A DNA stretch of 64,000 nucleotides from Muribaculaceae bacterium (GTDB lineage: Bacteria; Bacteroidota; Bacteroidia; Bacteroidales; Muribaculaceae): assembly GCA_029061255.1 (NCBI GenBank), contig JAIDSL010000098.1:71921-135920 (forward strand). The letters run 5' to 3'. The notes below the pieces were generated by a model that did no database searches, had not been told where the DNA came from, and was given only the letters and a program-made list of their open reading frames with translations. The number at the start of each line of letters is the position of its first letter. Position 1 is the stretch's first letter. Position numbers and translations under genes: made by a program. Shown here in pieces: positions 54,681 to 64,000 of the stretch.

Positions 54681-57012
54681 TCACAACATATGTTCCTTTA
54701 AAGGAGTCACACTCTCTATGGGAGCACTCTTTGCACTGCTGATTCTTGTCGGTGCTTGTAGCACTACCCGCCGTCTCGGTGAAGATGAGGTGCTATATAC
54801 TGGTGTCAAGAATATTCAGATTAATCCCACCGATGGTGAAAAGCTCCCTGATGCCCTTGTGTCTGAGCTTAAGCAGGCTGTGAATGTGAAGCCCAACGAT
54901 CCTATCCCTTTTCTTTCTCCTGCAAGGCAGTCTCCGTTCCCTTACCGTCTTTGGGCATACAACTATTGGAATGACTCTGCGAAAGGGGTTTTCGGATGGC
55001 TTTATCGCACCATTGCAAGGCCTCCGGTGTTGATGTCTGACGTGAAGGCTCCTTTACGAACGAAGATGGTGGAGAATATCCTTGCTGATAATGGATATTT
55101 TGGTTCTACAGCTACTTATGAGGAAGTTCCTAATGCGAAGAATCCAAAGAAAGCGTCTATGTCTTACACTTTCGATGTCTCTTCCCCATATCGTATTGAC
55201 ACGATTGAGTATTTCAATACTCCCTCAAGTGGCGTAAAGGTTTTTATCGACTCTCTTGCTCGAAAAAGCCAATGGTTTCAGAAAGGTGCTGTGTTTTGTG
55301 TCGATTCTCTTTCGACTCTCCGTGTGGAAGTGGCAAACCACCTTCGCAATCGCGGTTATTATTATTTCCGTCCGGAATATCTTGAGTTCCTTGCCGATAC
55401 TTTTCTTACGCCTCATGCCGTGGCTATGCGTTTGAGTCTGGCCGACAACCTGCCCGATATAGCTCTGCGCAAATTCCGAACCGGAAATGTAGTGACCCTC
55501 CTGCAGCGAAACGAGATTTATGGCCCCGGACGTCCTGATACGATTCAGACAGATCGTGGCGAACTCATCATCATGCGCCCGCAAAGAGTGAGGAAGGGCC
55601 TTATACCGGAGTGTATCACGTTTCGTAAGGGAAGGGTGTTCTCCGTGCGGGATATGGACCGCACGCAGACTCGTCTTGCTCGAATGGGTATTTTCTCTAA
55701 CATTCAGATTCAGCCTATCCCTGCCGATACTGCTGCGAAAGATCCGGTAATGAATATATTTATCACGTGTCGCTACGACCGTCCGATGGAAGCTTCCATT
55801 GAATTGAATACCACTTCAAAGTCAAACTCATATTTAGGCCCGGGACTTATCGCTTCCTTCACACATAATAATATTTTCGGAGGTGCCGAGAAGCTGAATG
55901 TTTCTCTTAATGCCGACTATGAGTGGCAGACCGGACATAATCGGTCGAGTGTGTTCAATTCCTACGAGTTTGGTCTTCAGACCTCAGTTGCTTTCCCGCG
56001 TCTTTTAGCTCCGAAGTTTATTCCTCGTTCAAGGCGGGATGTTAACTGGACCACTATTTCTCTTGGAGGGTCTGTACTCAACCGTCCGAAATATTTTATG
56101 ATGGCGGAATACAATATGGGTATCACCTATGAATGGCGTGCCACTCGACACGCTACTAACTCGTTTACTCCTTTCAAGCTAACTTATAATAAGCTTATCC
56201 GCACCACTGAAGAATTCGATTCAGTCATGGCTATGAATCCTGCCGTAGCTTTGAGTTTCGAAAGTCGGTTTATTCCTCAGCTTAGTTATACCTACACCTA
56301 CAGCAAATGGCTGGAACGTGAGCAGAACAATGAGCTCACTTTCACCGGCACTTTCACTGAGGCAGGCAATCTTTTCGATGTCTGCTACGACCTTGCAAAA
56401 GTGAAGGGTGTGAAAAAGCTTTTTGGAACTCCCTTCTCTCAGTTTGTCAAAGGACAGGTGCAACTCGTCTGGAACCATCGTCTTTTCCCGAAGCAAGACC
56501 AATGGATTGTTTCGCGTGTCCTGCTTGGTGCAGCCCATGCATATGGCAATGCTAAGGAGGTTCCTTATTCCGAGCAGTTCTATATTGGTGGTGCCAACTC
56601 TATCCGTGCGTTTACTGTGCGTTCTATCGGCCCGGGTAGTTATCGTGCTCCTAAAGAGCTTGTCAATGGATATTTCGACCAGACAGGTACGTTCAAATTT
56701 GAGTTGAATACTGAATATCGGTTCCCGATATTCGGCGATCTCCATGGGGCAGCATTCATAGATGCCGGCAACATATGGCTGCTGAAGGATGATCCCCTGC
56801 GTCCAGGTGGTTTGCTTCAAGGAAAGACATTCCTCAAGGATATCGCCCTTGGGACAGGCGCCGGATTGCGCTACGATCTTGGAATGATGGTAGTGCGTGT
56901 CGATGTAGGATATGGTCTCCATACCCCTTACTCCAACGGCACACCCCACTACTTCAACGTAGCCTTCAAAAACGCATTCGCCTTCCACCTCGCCCTCGGC
57001 TACCCCTTCTAA
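54661..57012 (+). CDS. Omp85-family lipoprotein TamL (BamA/TamA family)
   Basis: Lipobox VGA-CSTTR; FYIGGANSIRAF, FIDAGNIW, GAGLRYDL, C-terminal LALGYPF; exact start uncertain. Confidence 0.88.
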   Translation: MMKMQNNHNICSFKGVTLSMGALFALLILVGACSTTRRLGEDEVLYTGVKNIQINPTDGEKLPDALVSELKQAVNVKPNDPIPFLSPARQSPFPYRLWAYNYWNDSAKGVFGWLYRTIARPPVLMSDVKAPLRTKMVENILADNGYFGSTATYEEVPNAKNPKKASMSYTFDVSSPYRIDTIEYFNTPSSGVKVFIDSLARKSQWFQKGAVFCVDSLSTLRVEVANHLRNRGYYYFRPEYLEFLADTFLTPHAVAMRLSLADNLPDIALRKFRTGNVVTLLQRNEIYGPGRPDTIQTDRGELIIMRPQRVRKGLIPECITFRKGRVFSVRDMDRTQTRLARMGIFSNIQIQPIPADTAAKDPVMNIFITCRYDRPMEASIELNTTSKSNSYLGPGLIASFTHNNIFGGAEKLNVSLNADYEWQTGHNRSSVFNSYEFGLQTSVAFPRLLAPKFIPRSRRDVNWTTISLGGSVLNRPKYFMMAEYNMGITYEWRATRHATNSFTPFKLTYNKLIRTTEEFDSVMAMNPAVALSFESRFIPQLSYTYTYSKWLEREQNNELTFTGTFTEAGNLFDVCYDLAKVKGVKKLFGTPFSQFVKGQVQLVWNHRLFPKQDQWIVSRVLLGAAHAYGNAKEVPYSEQFYIGGANSIRAFTVRSIGPGSYRAPKELVNGYFDQTGTFKFELNTEYRFPIFGDLHGAAFIDAGNIWLLKDDPLRPGGLLQGKTFLKDIALGTGAGLRYDLGMMVVRVDVGYGLHTPYSNGTPHYFNVAFKNAFAFHLALGYPF

Positions 57013-57033
57013 AGCAAGAAGCCTCCCAACTCT

Positions 57034-57061
57034 CCTATGGGAAGGCGGTTTCCCAACCGCC
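57034..57061 (+). repeat. Second REP-like palindrome family copy
   Basis: CCTATGGGAAGGCGGTTTCCCAACCGCC. Confidence 0.7.
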
Positions 57062-57081
57062 TCCAAACATCAAATATGGAA

Positions 57082-57233
57082 GAGGGTGTTGCAGAACTAT
57101 ATTCTCCGCATCTTGTAGGGACGCACGGCTCGTGCGTCCGTTTTTATATTGTTGATTACCAATCTAATTGCATAGAGGACGCACGAGCCGTGCGTCCCTA
57201 CATCAGAATATTGGCCCATTTTGCAACACCCTC
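57082..57233. mobile_element. 152-bp MITE-like element with 15-bp terminal inverted repeats enclosing an inverted REP doublet
   Basis: GAGGGTGTTGCAGAA / TTTTGCAACACCCTC (14 of 15 match); REPs at 57115-57139 and 57177-57201. Confidence 0.7.
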
Positions 57234-57452
57234 CCCAATAAAAAATCCGATCCGAAACCCGGACCGGATTATAAGGATTTATACTCACCACATCATCTTC
57301 TGAAAGACCTCGCGCCTTTGGGGACGATTGCAGCTCCTTTGCTTATTTATTTTCTCTATGGCATCTACCGCCAATTATCATCCTTTTTATCTATTAAACA
57401 ATCAAATCCCAATATAAGTTCATCACCCTTAAAAATACCCTGCATCTCCTTA

Positions 57453-57484
57453 TTTGCAAATTTCATTTTTTTTAACTAATTTTG
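57453..57484 (+). promoter_or_regulatory. Promoter for the nucleotidyltransferase-like gene
   Basis: TTTG-N20-TAATTTTG. Confidence 0.7.
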
Positions 57485-57493
57485 CACCTCGTT

Positions 57494-57526
57494 GACAACG
57501 ATGACAACGCCGACAACGATGACAAC
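57494..57526 (+). repeat. GACAACGMY 9-mer array filling the 5' UTR
   Basis: gacaacgat gacaacgcc gacaacgat gacaac. Confidence 0.85.
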
Positions 57527-57533
57527 TGATAAA

Positions 57534-58733
57534 ATGAAAATTGTTCTCTTCGACAATCCGGATGATCACTTTGATCTCCTCCCCCTATCATTCACCCGTC
57601 CAATATGCGACTTTCGGGTAGGAATAACTACAATCCGTGAGAAATGGATTTCCTTCCTCCCTGATGCCCAAATCCATGCTCTTCCCGTTGATTTCCTCCG
57701 CGAGCGTTTTGGCCAACCGGATGATGCCTCTGAGGAGATGCTCTTTGTCTCCGGTGCTGTAGTCCCTGATTCTGATATTGCAGCTAAGATTGTGTCTCTT
57801 AAAAAAGGTCAGGCTATAGTCTCCGATGATCGTACTTTAGCCTTCTTCGGTAGTTGGAGGGATCTTGAAGACCATAATTTCGCCGACATTTATGAAGAAG
57901 ACCTCCGTCGCTTACGTAATGTCTACGATGTCTTCATCATGAATCCCCAAGTCCTCGTGGAAGATTATCAGCGCATCACTGCCGACAGAAAGTCTTGTCC
58001 TCTCCCGTCTTCTAATAAGGTAATCGGCGATATCGCAGATAAGGATGGCATGCCGATGATATTCATTGAGGAAGGTGCTGAAGTGGAAGGAGCTATCTTC
58101 AACCTCAAGGAGGGTCCCATATATATAGGTAAGGATGCGGCTGTCATGGAAGGTTGCTGCGTGAGAGGCCCAATAGCTTTCTGCGAGCATTCCAAAGCAC
58201 GTATGGGTGCAAAGTTATATGGTGGAAGCACATTCGGACCCTATGTGAAGGTTGGTGGGGAAGTCGACAACTCTGTTATTTTCGGATATTCCAACAAGGC
58301 TCACGATGGCTACCTCGGCAATGCTGTAGTAGGGGAGTGGTGCAACATTGGCGCCGGTGTCAATTGCTCTAACCTGAAGAATGATTATTCCAAGATTCGT
58401 CTTTGGAACTATCGTCTTCATTCTTTTGTCCGTACTGACCTTCAGTTCTGTGGCCCTATCATTGGCGACCATTCCAAACTTGGGGTCAACGTTATGCTTA
58501 ACACAGCTACTGTTATTGGTGTAGGTGTCAATGTCTACGGTGCCGGTTTCCCCCGTGTTTTCGTCCCAAGTTTTCAGGAGGGGAGTGCCAATGGCGGATT
58601 TGTCGATGTCCCCGTCAAGAAATTCCTGACGGTCGCTGAGCGCGTTATGGCTCGTCGAGGAATATCCCTTACAGACTTCGACCGTGTCATCTTCGACCGC
58701 ATCTTCGAATACGCCTCCCACCTCAAAAGGTAA
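57534..58733 (+). CDS. Putative sugar nucleotidyltransferase, GlmU-related with hexapeptide C-domain
   Basis: LLPLSFTRPICDFRVGI.TIREKW, SNKAHDGYLGNAVVGEWCNIGAG, SNLKNDY; start reassigned to MKIVLFD. Confidence 0.82.
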   Translation: MKIVLFDNPDDHFDLLPLSFTRPICDFRVGITTIREKWISFLPDAQIHALPVDFLRERFGQPDDASEEMLFVSGAVVPDSDIAAKIVSLKKGQAIVSDDRTLAFFGSWRDLEDHNFADIYEEDLRRLRNVYDVFIMNPQVLVEDYQRITADRKSCPLPSSNKVIGDIADKDGMPMIFIEEGAEVEGAIFNLKEGPIYIGKDAAVMEGCCVRGPIAFCEHSKARMGAKLYGGSTFGPYVKVGGEVDNSVIFGYSNKAHDGYLGNAVVGEWCNIGAGVNCSNLKNDYSKIRLWNYRLHSFVRTDLQFCGPIIGDHSKLGVNVMLNTATVIGVGVNVYGAGFPRVFVPSFQEGSANGGFVDVPVKKFLTVAERVMARRGISLTDFDRVIFDRIFEYASHLKR

Positions 58734-58743
58734 TAAATATAGC

Positions 58744-58767
58744 AAGCAGGCTGTGAAGCCTGCTTTT
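58744..58767 (+). terminator. Intrinsic terminator
   Basis: AAGCAGGCT-GTGA-AGCCTGCTT followed by T residues. Confidence 0.7.
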
Positions 58768-58770
58768 AAT

Positions 58771-58796
58771 ATGGAAGGGAGGCTTCCCAGCCTCCC
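58771..58796 (+). repeat. REP-like palindrome (ATGG-led variant)
   Basis: ATGGAAGGGAGGCTTCCCAGCCTCCC; related copy at 60714-60740. Confidence 0.6.
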
Positions 58797-58842
58797 ATCA
58801 AGTAATATATCTACAGGTATTTCTAATTAAGGTTTATGCATT

Positions 58843-60582
58843 ATGAATCATGCATTGAGTAAAAAGATTGATTTCCATCCGAAAGCGTTTTCGATGTGGA
58901 AGGGCTATGATATGGCCCGTTTCAAGTCAGACCTTGTCGCAGGCATCGTCGTAGGCATCGTTGCTCTCCCACTTGCCATTGCATTCGCAATTGCATCCGG
59001 TGTGTCTCCGGCCATCGGTCTTATCACGGCGATCATCGGCGGCTTCATAGTCTCGGCTCTCGGTGGCAATACCGTCCAGATTGGTGGTCCTACTGGCGCA
59101 TTTATCGTGATAGTCTATAGTATCATCCAGCAGTTTGGACTCACTGGTCTTGCGATCGCTACCATTATGGCAGGTCTTATTCTCGTTCTTATGGGACTCT
59201 TCCGCCTTGGCACGGTCATCAAGTTCATTCCGTATCCGATTGTGGTAGGTTTTACTGCAGGTATTGCTGTGACCATCTTCTCCACGCAAATTAATGATTT
59301 CTTTGGGCTCGGACTCAAGGACCTACCCGGCGATTTCATCACTAAGTGGGGTGTACTATTGGCCAATTTTTCAAGAATCGACCTTATGACTCTCGCGGTC
59401 GGTGTGGTGTCGCTTCTCATCATCACTCTCACCCCCAAGATTTCCCAGAAACTTCCGGGTGCGTTGATCGCAATTATTTTGGTTACGGCTGGCTGTTGGT
59501 TTTTAGCGACTTTTGTTCCCGGTTTTCATGTTGAGACAATCGGTGACCGCTTCGGTGATATGAAGTCTGACATCCCGTTGCCTCATGGTTTTGAAGTGAA
59601 TATGGCCACTATCAATGCTCTTCTCCCTTCGGCCTTTACCATTGCAATGCTGGGTGCCATTGAGTCGTTGCTTTCTGCTACGGTGGCAGATGGCATCACC
59701 GGGTCACGCACCAATTCCAATACAGAACTCTTCGGCCAGGGCATTGCCAACATCGTGGTGCCACTTTTTGGAGGTATACCCGTCACTGGTGCGATCGCAC
59801 GCACCATGACCAACATCACCAATGGAGGACGCACTCCGCTTGCCGGTATGATTCATTCAGTGGTGCTCCTTCTGATTTATCTTTTCTTGATGCCTCTCAT
59901 CAATCTTGTCCCGATGGCTTGTCTGGCTGCTGTCCTCATGGTTGTGGCTTATAATATGAGTGGTTGGCGCACTGTAAAGGCAATTTCTCACAATCCTAAG
60001 GGTGATTTTTCTGTGTTGATAGTCACAATGGTGCTCACTATCGTGTTCGACCTCACCATCGCCATAGAAATAGGTCTTCTCCTTGCTATGGTGCTCTTCC
60101 TTCGCCGTGTCACTGAAAATGCTGAAATTAAAGTCTATGGCAAGCAACTCGACGTGGCTGAAGGCACTGAGGTCCATTCGCATGAGGTGCTACATGTGGA
60201 GAAAGGTGTCTCAGTATATGAGATAGATGGCCCGTTTTTCTTCGGAATCGCCACTAAGTTTGATGAGATGATGCGCTCTACCATGCAGAATCGTCCCCTT
60301 GTCCGCATTATTCGAATGCGAAAAGTGCCATTCATTGACTCTACCGCAATCCATAATCTTGAGACCCTTATCAAGTCTTCCCAAAAAGAAGGAATCCAGA
60401 TTGTCCTTTCCGGTGTCCAGCCCAATGTGCGCACAGCTCTTGAAAAATCAGATATCGTCAATCTCATAGGCGAGAAGAACATCTGCGACCACATATCAAG
60501 GGCAGTCATCATGGCCAACAACATAGTTCGCGACCACAACGCCCTCCCCGAATGGCGCCGCAAAGGCCTCGACCCCGTCTGA
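58843..60582 (+). CDS. SulP (SLC26) family anion permease with STAS domain
   Basis: DLVAGIVVGIVALPLAIAFAIASG, GPTGAF, IESLLSA, TGAIART, YEIDGPFFFG, VPFIDSTA. Confidence 0.93.
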   Translation: MNHALSKKIDFHPKAFSMWKGYDMARFKSDLVAGIVVGIVALPLAIAFAIASGVSPAIGLITAIIGGFIVSALGGNTVQIGGPTGAFIVIVYSIIQQFGLTGLAIATIMAGLILVLMGLFRLGTVIKFIPYPIVVGFTAGIAVTIFSTQINDFFGLGLKDLPGDFITKWGVLLANFSRIDLMTLAVGVVSLLIITLTPKISQKLPGALIAIILVTAGCWFLATFVPGFHVETIGDRFGDMKSDIPLPHGFEVNMATINALLPSAFTIAMLGAIESLLSATVADGITGSRTNSNTELFGQGIANIVVPLFGGIPVTGAIARTMTNITNGGRTPLAGMIHSVVLLLIYLFLMPLINLVPMACLAAVLMVVAYNMSGWRTVKAISHNPKGDFSVLIVTMVLTIVFDLTIAIEIGLLLAMVLFLRRVTENAEIKVYGKQLDVAEGTEVHSHEVLHVEKGVSVYEIDGPFFFGIATKFDEMMRSTMQNRPLVRIIRMRKVPFIDSTAIHNLETLIKSSQKEGIQIVLSGVQPNVRTALEKSDIVNLIGEKNICDHISRAVIMANNIVRDHNALPEWRRKGLDPV

Positions 60583-60600
60583 CCTTTCACCCCTATTCCC

Positions 60601-60649
60601 AAAGGCTTGCACCCCGGCGTTCCTCCCGACCCCGGCTGCAAGCCTTTTT
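60601..60649 (+). terminator. Possible terminator after the SulP gene
   Basis: AAAGGCTTGCA/TGCAAGCCTTT stem with a large loop and T tail. Confidence 0.45.
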
Positions 60650-60662
60650 CCATTTCTCCTAA

Positions 60663-60781
60663 CGTCAAACTAAGTAGCAAGCGCACTCCGTGCGCGTCCC
60701 CACGCGTCAAACCATGGAAAGCAGGCTTCCCAGCCTCCCCCAGCGTCAAACCTCGAAGGCAACAACCGTGCCGTCATCAAC
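60663..60781. repeat. Array of degenerate REP-like palindromes separated by CGTCAAAC
   Basis: CGTCAAAC at 60663, 60705, 60744 (CGTCATCAAC at 60772). Confidence 0.55.
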
Positions 60782-60809
60782 GGCTCCACACTTAAAGTGA
60801 CACTGCAAG

Positions 60810-60977
60810 GAAAAAAGTTCTGTGCCTAACTTATCTGGCTATTATCTTCTAAATACCTGACCCTTGACCCTTGCAGCGAAACTGCTCTGATCCGCGTCAG
60901 CAGGCGAACCCGCAATTACAATTCTGCGCCCATCTGCAAGTTCCCCACCGAATGCACCGAAAAAAGTTCTGTGCCTA
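60810..60977. repeat. Perfect 19-bp direct repeat, 149 bp apart
   Basis: GAAAAAAGTTCTGTGCCTA at 60810-60828 and 60959-60977. Confidence 0.85.
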
Positions 60978-61052
60978 TATTTCTCGCCTGACAAAAGCAT
61001 TCCCACAAAAACAGCTACCTATTCTTAATGCCGAAACTTAACTCAATTATTA

Positions 61053-61084
61053 TTTGCATAATTCATTGAAATTTTGTAACTTTG
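61053..61084 (+). promoter_or_regulatory. str operon promoter
   Basis: TTTG-N20-TAACTTTG. Confidence 0.75.
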
Positions 61085-61275
61085 CATCGTCTTAGGGCAA
61101 GAAACACCCATATACTTCGCTAACAAATTAAAGATTAATTTGTTAGTGTAGTTTTATGGTATGCGTATGAAAGCCTTAGGATGTGCTTCTTTTGCAAGTC
61201 TTTGGCTTGCGGAAGTCCCAAAATGATTATTATAAGAATATATTTTAGATATTTTTTAATTTTTAACAAACTAAA

Positions 61276-61659
61276 ATGCCTACAATTCAGCAATTAGTAA
61301 GAAAAGGACGCGTTGCCCTCGTCGACAAGAGCAAGTCGCCGGCTTTGGATTCATGTCCGCAGCGTCGCGGTGTGTGCGTGCGTGTGTACACCACGACCCC
61401 CAAAAAGCCTAACTCGGCTATGCGTAAGGTGGCTCGTGTACGCCTCACCAACGGTAAGGAAGTCAACTCCTACATCCCGGGTGAAGGCCACAACCTCCAG
61501 GAGCACTCTATCGTCATGGTGCGCGGCGGTCGTGTGAAGGACCTCCCGGGTGTTCGCTACCACATCGTTCGCGGCACTCTCGATACTGCAGGTGTGCAGG
61601 GCCGTACTCAGCGCCGCTCCAAATATGGTGCAAAGCGTCCTAAGGCAGCTAAGAAATAA
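61276..61659 (+). CDS. rpsL: 30S ribosomal protein uS12
   Basis: [34 protein letters not shown]. Confidence 0.99.
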   Translation: MPTIQQLVRKGRVALVDKSKSPALDSCPQRRGVCVRVYTTTPKKPNSAMRKVARVRLTNGKEVNSYIPGEGHNLQEHSIVMVRGGRVKDLPGVRYHIVRGTLDTAGVQGRTQRRSKYGAKRPKAAKK

Positions 61660-61661
61660 TA

Positions 61662-61791
61662 AGCTGTCAGCAAGAAATCATTTATCTTTAACCGGTTTTT
61701 GATTCTTTGACAGCTATGTGGTTGAGTAAACGCCCATCCGGCGCTCCGAGAGGAGTTCCCAAAGTGCGTTGAAGTTTTCATCAAAGCAGCC
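61662..61791 (+). promoter_or_regulatory. Structured rpsL-rpsG intercistronic RNA
   Basis: AGCTGTCA/TGACAGCT hairpin, then nested GGTTG/CAGCC, AACGC/GCGTT and CTCC-GAGA-GGAG stems. Confidence 0.5.
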
Positions 61792-61816
61792 AAAATCAAA
61801 ACTTAAACATCAAGCA

Positions 61817-62293
61817 ATGAGAAAAGCTAAGCCGAAAAAACGTGTGATCCTCCCTGATCCCGTTTTTCACGACGTGAGAGTGACAAAGTTTGTCAACCAT
61901 CTCATGTACGACGGAAAGAAGAACACTTCTTACACTATCTTCTATTCCGCACTTGAAATCGTGAAGTCTAAACTCCCCAACGAGGAGAAGAGCGCTCTGG
62001 AAATCTGGAAGAAGGCTCTTGAAAATGTCACTCCTCAGGTGGAGGTTAAGTCTCGCCGTGTCGGCGGCGCAACTTTCCAGGTACCTACTGAGATCCGCGC
62101 TGACCGCAAGGAGTCTATCTCCATGAAGAATCTTATCATCTATGCCCGCAAACGTGGCGGCAAGACTATGGCAGACAAACTCGCTGCCGAAATCGTCGAC
62201 GCTTTCAATGACCAGGGTGGCGCTTTCAAGCGTAAGGAAGACATGCACCGTATGGCTGAGGCCAACCGCGCATTCGCTCATTTCAGATTCTAA
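61817..62293 (+). CDS. rpsG: 30S ribosomal protein uS7
   Basis: [36 protein letters not shown]; start MRKAKPK. Confidence 0.99.
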   Translation: MRKAKPKKRVILPDPVFHDVRVTKFVNHLMYDGKKNTSYTIFYSALEIVKSKLPNEEKSALEIWKKALENVTPQVEVKSRRVGGATFQVPTEIRADRKESISMKNLIIYARKRGGKTMADKLAAEIVDAFNDQGGAFKRKEDMHRMAEANRAFAHFRF

Positions 62294-62307
62294 TTCGGAT
62301 TTAACAA

Positions 62308-64000
62308 ATGGCTAAACACGACAACCTTCAGTTAACTCGCAATATCGGCATCATGGCTCATATCGATGCCGGTAAGACCACTACTTCCGAACGTATCCTT
62401 TTCTATACTGGCCTTACTCACAAGATCGGTGAGGTGCACGATGGTGCTGCCACTATGGACTGGATGGAGCAGGAGCAGGAACGCGGTATCACTATCACTT
62501 CCGCTGCTACCACTACGTTCTGGAACTATCAGGGTAATAAATATAAGATCAACCTTATCGACACTCCGGGACACGTTGACTTCACTGTTGAGGTAGAACG
62601 CTCACTTCGTGTGCTCGACGGTGCTGTGGCTACTTTCTGCGCCGTTGGTGGCGTGGAGCCCCAGTCTGAGACTGTTTGGCGTCAGGCTGACAAGTATAAT
62701 GTCCCCCGTATCGGTTATGTAAATAAGATGGACCGCTCCGGCGCTAACTTCCTCGAGGTTTGCCGTCAGGTGAAAGATGTCCTTGGTGCCAACCCCCTTC
62801 CCATCCAGCTCCCTATCGGTGCTGAGGAGACTTTCAAGGGTGTTATCGACCTCGTGCTGATGAAGGCTATCTTCTGGCACGACGAGAGCATGGGCGCTGA
62901 ATACTCTGTTGAAGATATCCCTGCTAACCTCCTCGATGAGGCTGAGCAGTATCGCGACAAGATGCTCGAGACTCTTGCTGAGCTCGACGATGCTCTCATG
63001 GAGAAATACTTCGACGATCCTTCCACTATTACAGTAGACGAGATCAAGGCAGCTATCCGCAAGGGTACACTGGCTATGGAGATCAACCCGATGATCTGCG
63101 GATCTTCTTTCAAGAATAAGGGTGTGCAGACTCTCCTTGACGCTGTCTGCGCTTATCTTCCTTCTCCTGAAGACAGCGGCGCTGTTGAAGGTCACGCTGT
63201 CGATGATCCCGATGAGATCCTTACCCGCGAGCCATCTCCGGAGGCTCCGATGTGTGCCCTCGCATTCAAGATCGCTACCGACCCATATGTAGGTCGCCTC
63301 GTGTTCTTCCGCGTTTATTCAGGCAACATCGACGCCGGTAGCTACTGCCTCAACTCTCGTAGCGGCAAGAAGGAGCGTATCTCACGTCTGTTCCAGATGC
63401 ACTCCAACAAGCAGAACCCGATGGAACGCATCGGTTGCGGTGATATCGGTGCAGGCGTTGGTTTCAAGGATATCCGCACTGGTGATACTCTCTGCGACGA
63501 AAACGCTCCTATTGTTCTTGAGGCAATGGAATTCCCCGATCCCGTTATCGGTATCGCTGTTGAACCTAAGACTCAGAAAGACCTCGACAAACTCGGCGTT
63601 GGTCTTCAGAAGCTCGCTGAAGAAGACCCGACATTCCGCGTTGAGACCAACGAGGAGACCGGTCAGACCGTCATCAGCGGTATGGGTGAGCTCCACCTCG
63701 ATATCATTATCGACCGTCTCCGTCGTGAGTTCAAGGTTGAATGTAATCAGGGACGTCCTCAGGTTACTTACAAGGAAGCTATCACCAAGCCTTACGAAGG
63801 CCGCGAGGTATTCAAGAAGCAGACCGGTGGTCGCGGTAAGTTTGCCGACATCATCTTCCGCATGGAACCTGCCGACGACGATTTCGTTGGTTCTCTCCAG
63901 TTCGTGGATGAGGTGAAGGGTGGTAACGTGCCTAAGGAATATATCCCCTCTGTTCAGAAGGGCTTCCAGACTGCCATGAAGAATGGTGTTCTTGCCGGCT
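62308..64000 (+). CDS. fusA: Elongation factor G (partial, runs off the window)
   Basis: Translated by hand from ATG 62308: [42 protein letters not shown]. Confidence 0.98.
   Translation, partial: MAKHDNLQLTRNIGIMAHIDAGKTTTSERILFYTGLTHKIGEVHDGAATMDWMEQEQERGITITSAATTTFWNYQGNKYKINLIDTPGHVDFTVEVERSLRVLDGAVATFCAVGGVEPQSETVWRQADKYNVPRIGYVNKMDRSGANFLEVCRQVKDVLGANPLPIQLPIGAEETFKGVIDLVLMKAIFWHDESMGAEYSVEDIPANLLDEAEQYRDKMLETLAELDDALMEKYFDDPSTITVDEIKAAIRKGTLAMEINPMICGSSFKNKGVQTLLDAVCAYLPSPEDSGAVEGHAVDDPDEILTREPSPEAPMCALAFKIATDPYVGRLVFFRVYSGNIDAGSYCLNSRSGKKERISRLFQMHSNKQNPMERIGCGDIGAGVGFKDIRTGDTLCDENAPIVLEAMEFPDPVIGIAVEPKTQKDLDKLGVGLQKLAEEDPTFRVETNEETGQTVISGMGELHLDIIIDRLRREFKVECNQGRPQVTYKEAITKPYEGREVFKKQTGGRGKFADIIFRMEPADDDFVGSLQFVDEVKGGNVPKEYIPSVQKGFQTAMKNGVLAG

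Noticed and set aside
57037-57479. Small ORFs in the tamL-nucleotidyltransferase gap
   Set aside because: Translations (VGTHGSCV, DARAVRPY) are readings of the REP/MITE sequence
60663-60977. CRISPR array
   Set aside because: Repeats are 8 bp (three copies) or 19 bp (two copies, 130-bp gap); wrong geometry and no cas genes
61276-61659. Streptomycin-resistance allele of rpsL
   Set aside because: TPKKPNS and RVKDLPG motifs retain the wild-type lysines
1-64000. tRNA, rRNA, transposase, phage or defence genes
   Set aside because: None recognised by eye; tRNAscan-SE, Infernal and DefenseFinder runs would be needed to exclude them formally

Overview
Chromosomal window from a Bacteroidales bacterium (probably Muribaculaceae-like, judged from TTTG-N19/20-TAnnTTTG promoters, SusC/SusD pairs and T9SS-type C-terminal domains). 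It holds a pectin side-chain system split into pieces: a DUF6250-like/PL26-like lyase fusion, an arabinan PUL (SGBP-susC-susD-susC-susD-GH43), a multimodular GH51, and the araM-araP-araR-araD-araA-araB operon with an AraR-type operator. These pieces are interleaved with housekeeping genes (tatAC, hpf, mltG, pnp, xerC, rpsU, fbp, pepP, tamB/tamL, sulP, rpsL-rpsG-fusA). No rRNA, tRNA, CRISPR array or transposase was seen. The most unusual signal is non-coding. Many gene junctions carry 7-, 9- or 10-bp minisatellites with a fixed polarity relative to stop and start codons. Several are paired as inverted arms that could fold into long mRNA hairpins, and two share a 16-bp core. Also present are REP palindromes, a 152-bp MITE-like element carrying a REP doublet, two candidate sRNAs, a promoter -7 box enclosed by a perfect 19-bp inverted repeat, and Shine-Dalgarno-containing micro-ORFs upstream of rpsU and hpf. 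All product calls come from motif recognition by eye; no database searches were run.
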